Of a stretch of 64,000 nucleotides of DNA, positions 63,482-64,000 are shown piece after piece; position 1 is the first letter of the stretch; every line of letters begins with the position of its first letter. Under the pieces are notes generated by a model. That model saw nothing but the letters and a program-made list of their open reading frames with translations, did no database searches and had not been told where the DNA came from. A program made the translations under genes and the position numbers. The DNA is from Nitrosopumilaceae archaeon (lineage in GTDB: Archaea; Thermoproteota; Nitrososphaeria; Nitrososphaerales; Nitrosopumilaceae): contig CBDATR010000034.1 of assembly GCA_965200155.1 (NCBI GenBank), positions 174,849 to 238,848 of the forward strand, written 5' to 3'.

Positions 63482-64000
63482 ATGCAACTCGATCCACAAC
63501 AACAGGCCGCGGTTGCACATAATGATGGCCCATTACTGGTGAAGGCCGGTCCGGGATCAGGCAAGACACATGTCATAACAGAGAGGGTCAACAGGCTGGT
63601 ACTGGATGGCATTCCACAGGAGTCTATTCTATGCATAACATACACAAAAAAGCCGCCGGTGAGATGCAGGAGCGACTGGAATCTAATAACAAGGTCTGGA
63701 TAGGTACATTACATGCGCTGGGCAAGGAGATATTGCAGGAGAACCAGGAAGAGACAGGCATTAGCGAGAGCACTAGACTAATGGACATACTACCCAGAAC
63801 AGCCTGGTGTATGAGGAATTTTGATGATTTCGGAATCGACAATGAAATAATAAGTCTGGGCCTGAATCCACTGAATCAGATCTCCCCGATGCTGAAGGAA
63901 ATCTCACATGCAAAGAGGGAGATGATATCAGCTGATGACATCATGTCATATATCGAGAAAAACCCTGACAAGGACCTGTCTAGGACCAAGCAGTGGCTAA
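63482..64000 (+). CDS. UvrD/REP-family helicase, N-terminal part with a 1-nt frameshift
   Basis: AGPGSGKT, ILCITYT, then AA.EM.ERL and IGTLHAL in a shifted frame after the A-run at ~63646-63651. Confidence 0.75.

Overview
Genomic DNA of an ammonia-oxidising archaeon (Nitrososphaerota, Nitrosopumilaceae-like; the heavy load of decayed IS elements suggests a host-associated lineage, which is inference). Intact housekeeping and nitrogen genes include rpl15e, nirK, serA-like, two corA, egtD-like, rps24e/rps27ae, SSADH, alba, dys, hemA, sirC, aspS, ilvB-ilvN-leuA-leuB, a class III cyclase, a K+ channel, ureE/ureABC, a DUR3 urea transporter, psmB, hom and 3 tRNAs. They are interleaved with clusters of nested, pseudogenised IS481, IS5, two IS66 lineages, tnpB elements and at least four MITE families. 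Main highlights: (1) a Leu/Val-rich leader peptide with an anti-SD/hairpin structure in front of the archaeal ilvB operon; (2) a tnpB gene bounded by IS630/mariner-type TIRs with TA duplication; (3) a 20-copy IS66-derived MITE that forms composite transposons; (4) swapped target-site duplications showing the nirK-serA segment was inverted between two IS481 copies; (5) secreted cupredoxin-Cache fusions lacking the axial Met; (6) an orphan CRISPR-like repeat-spacer-repeat. All calls were made by eye from motifs; no database searches were run.
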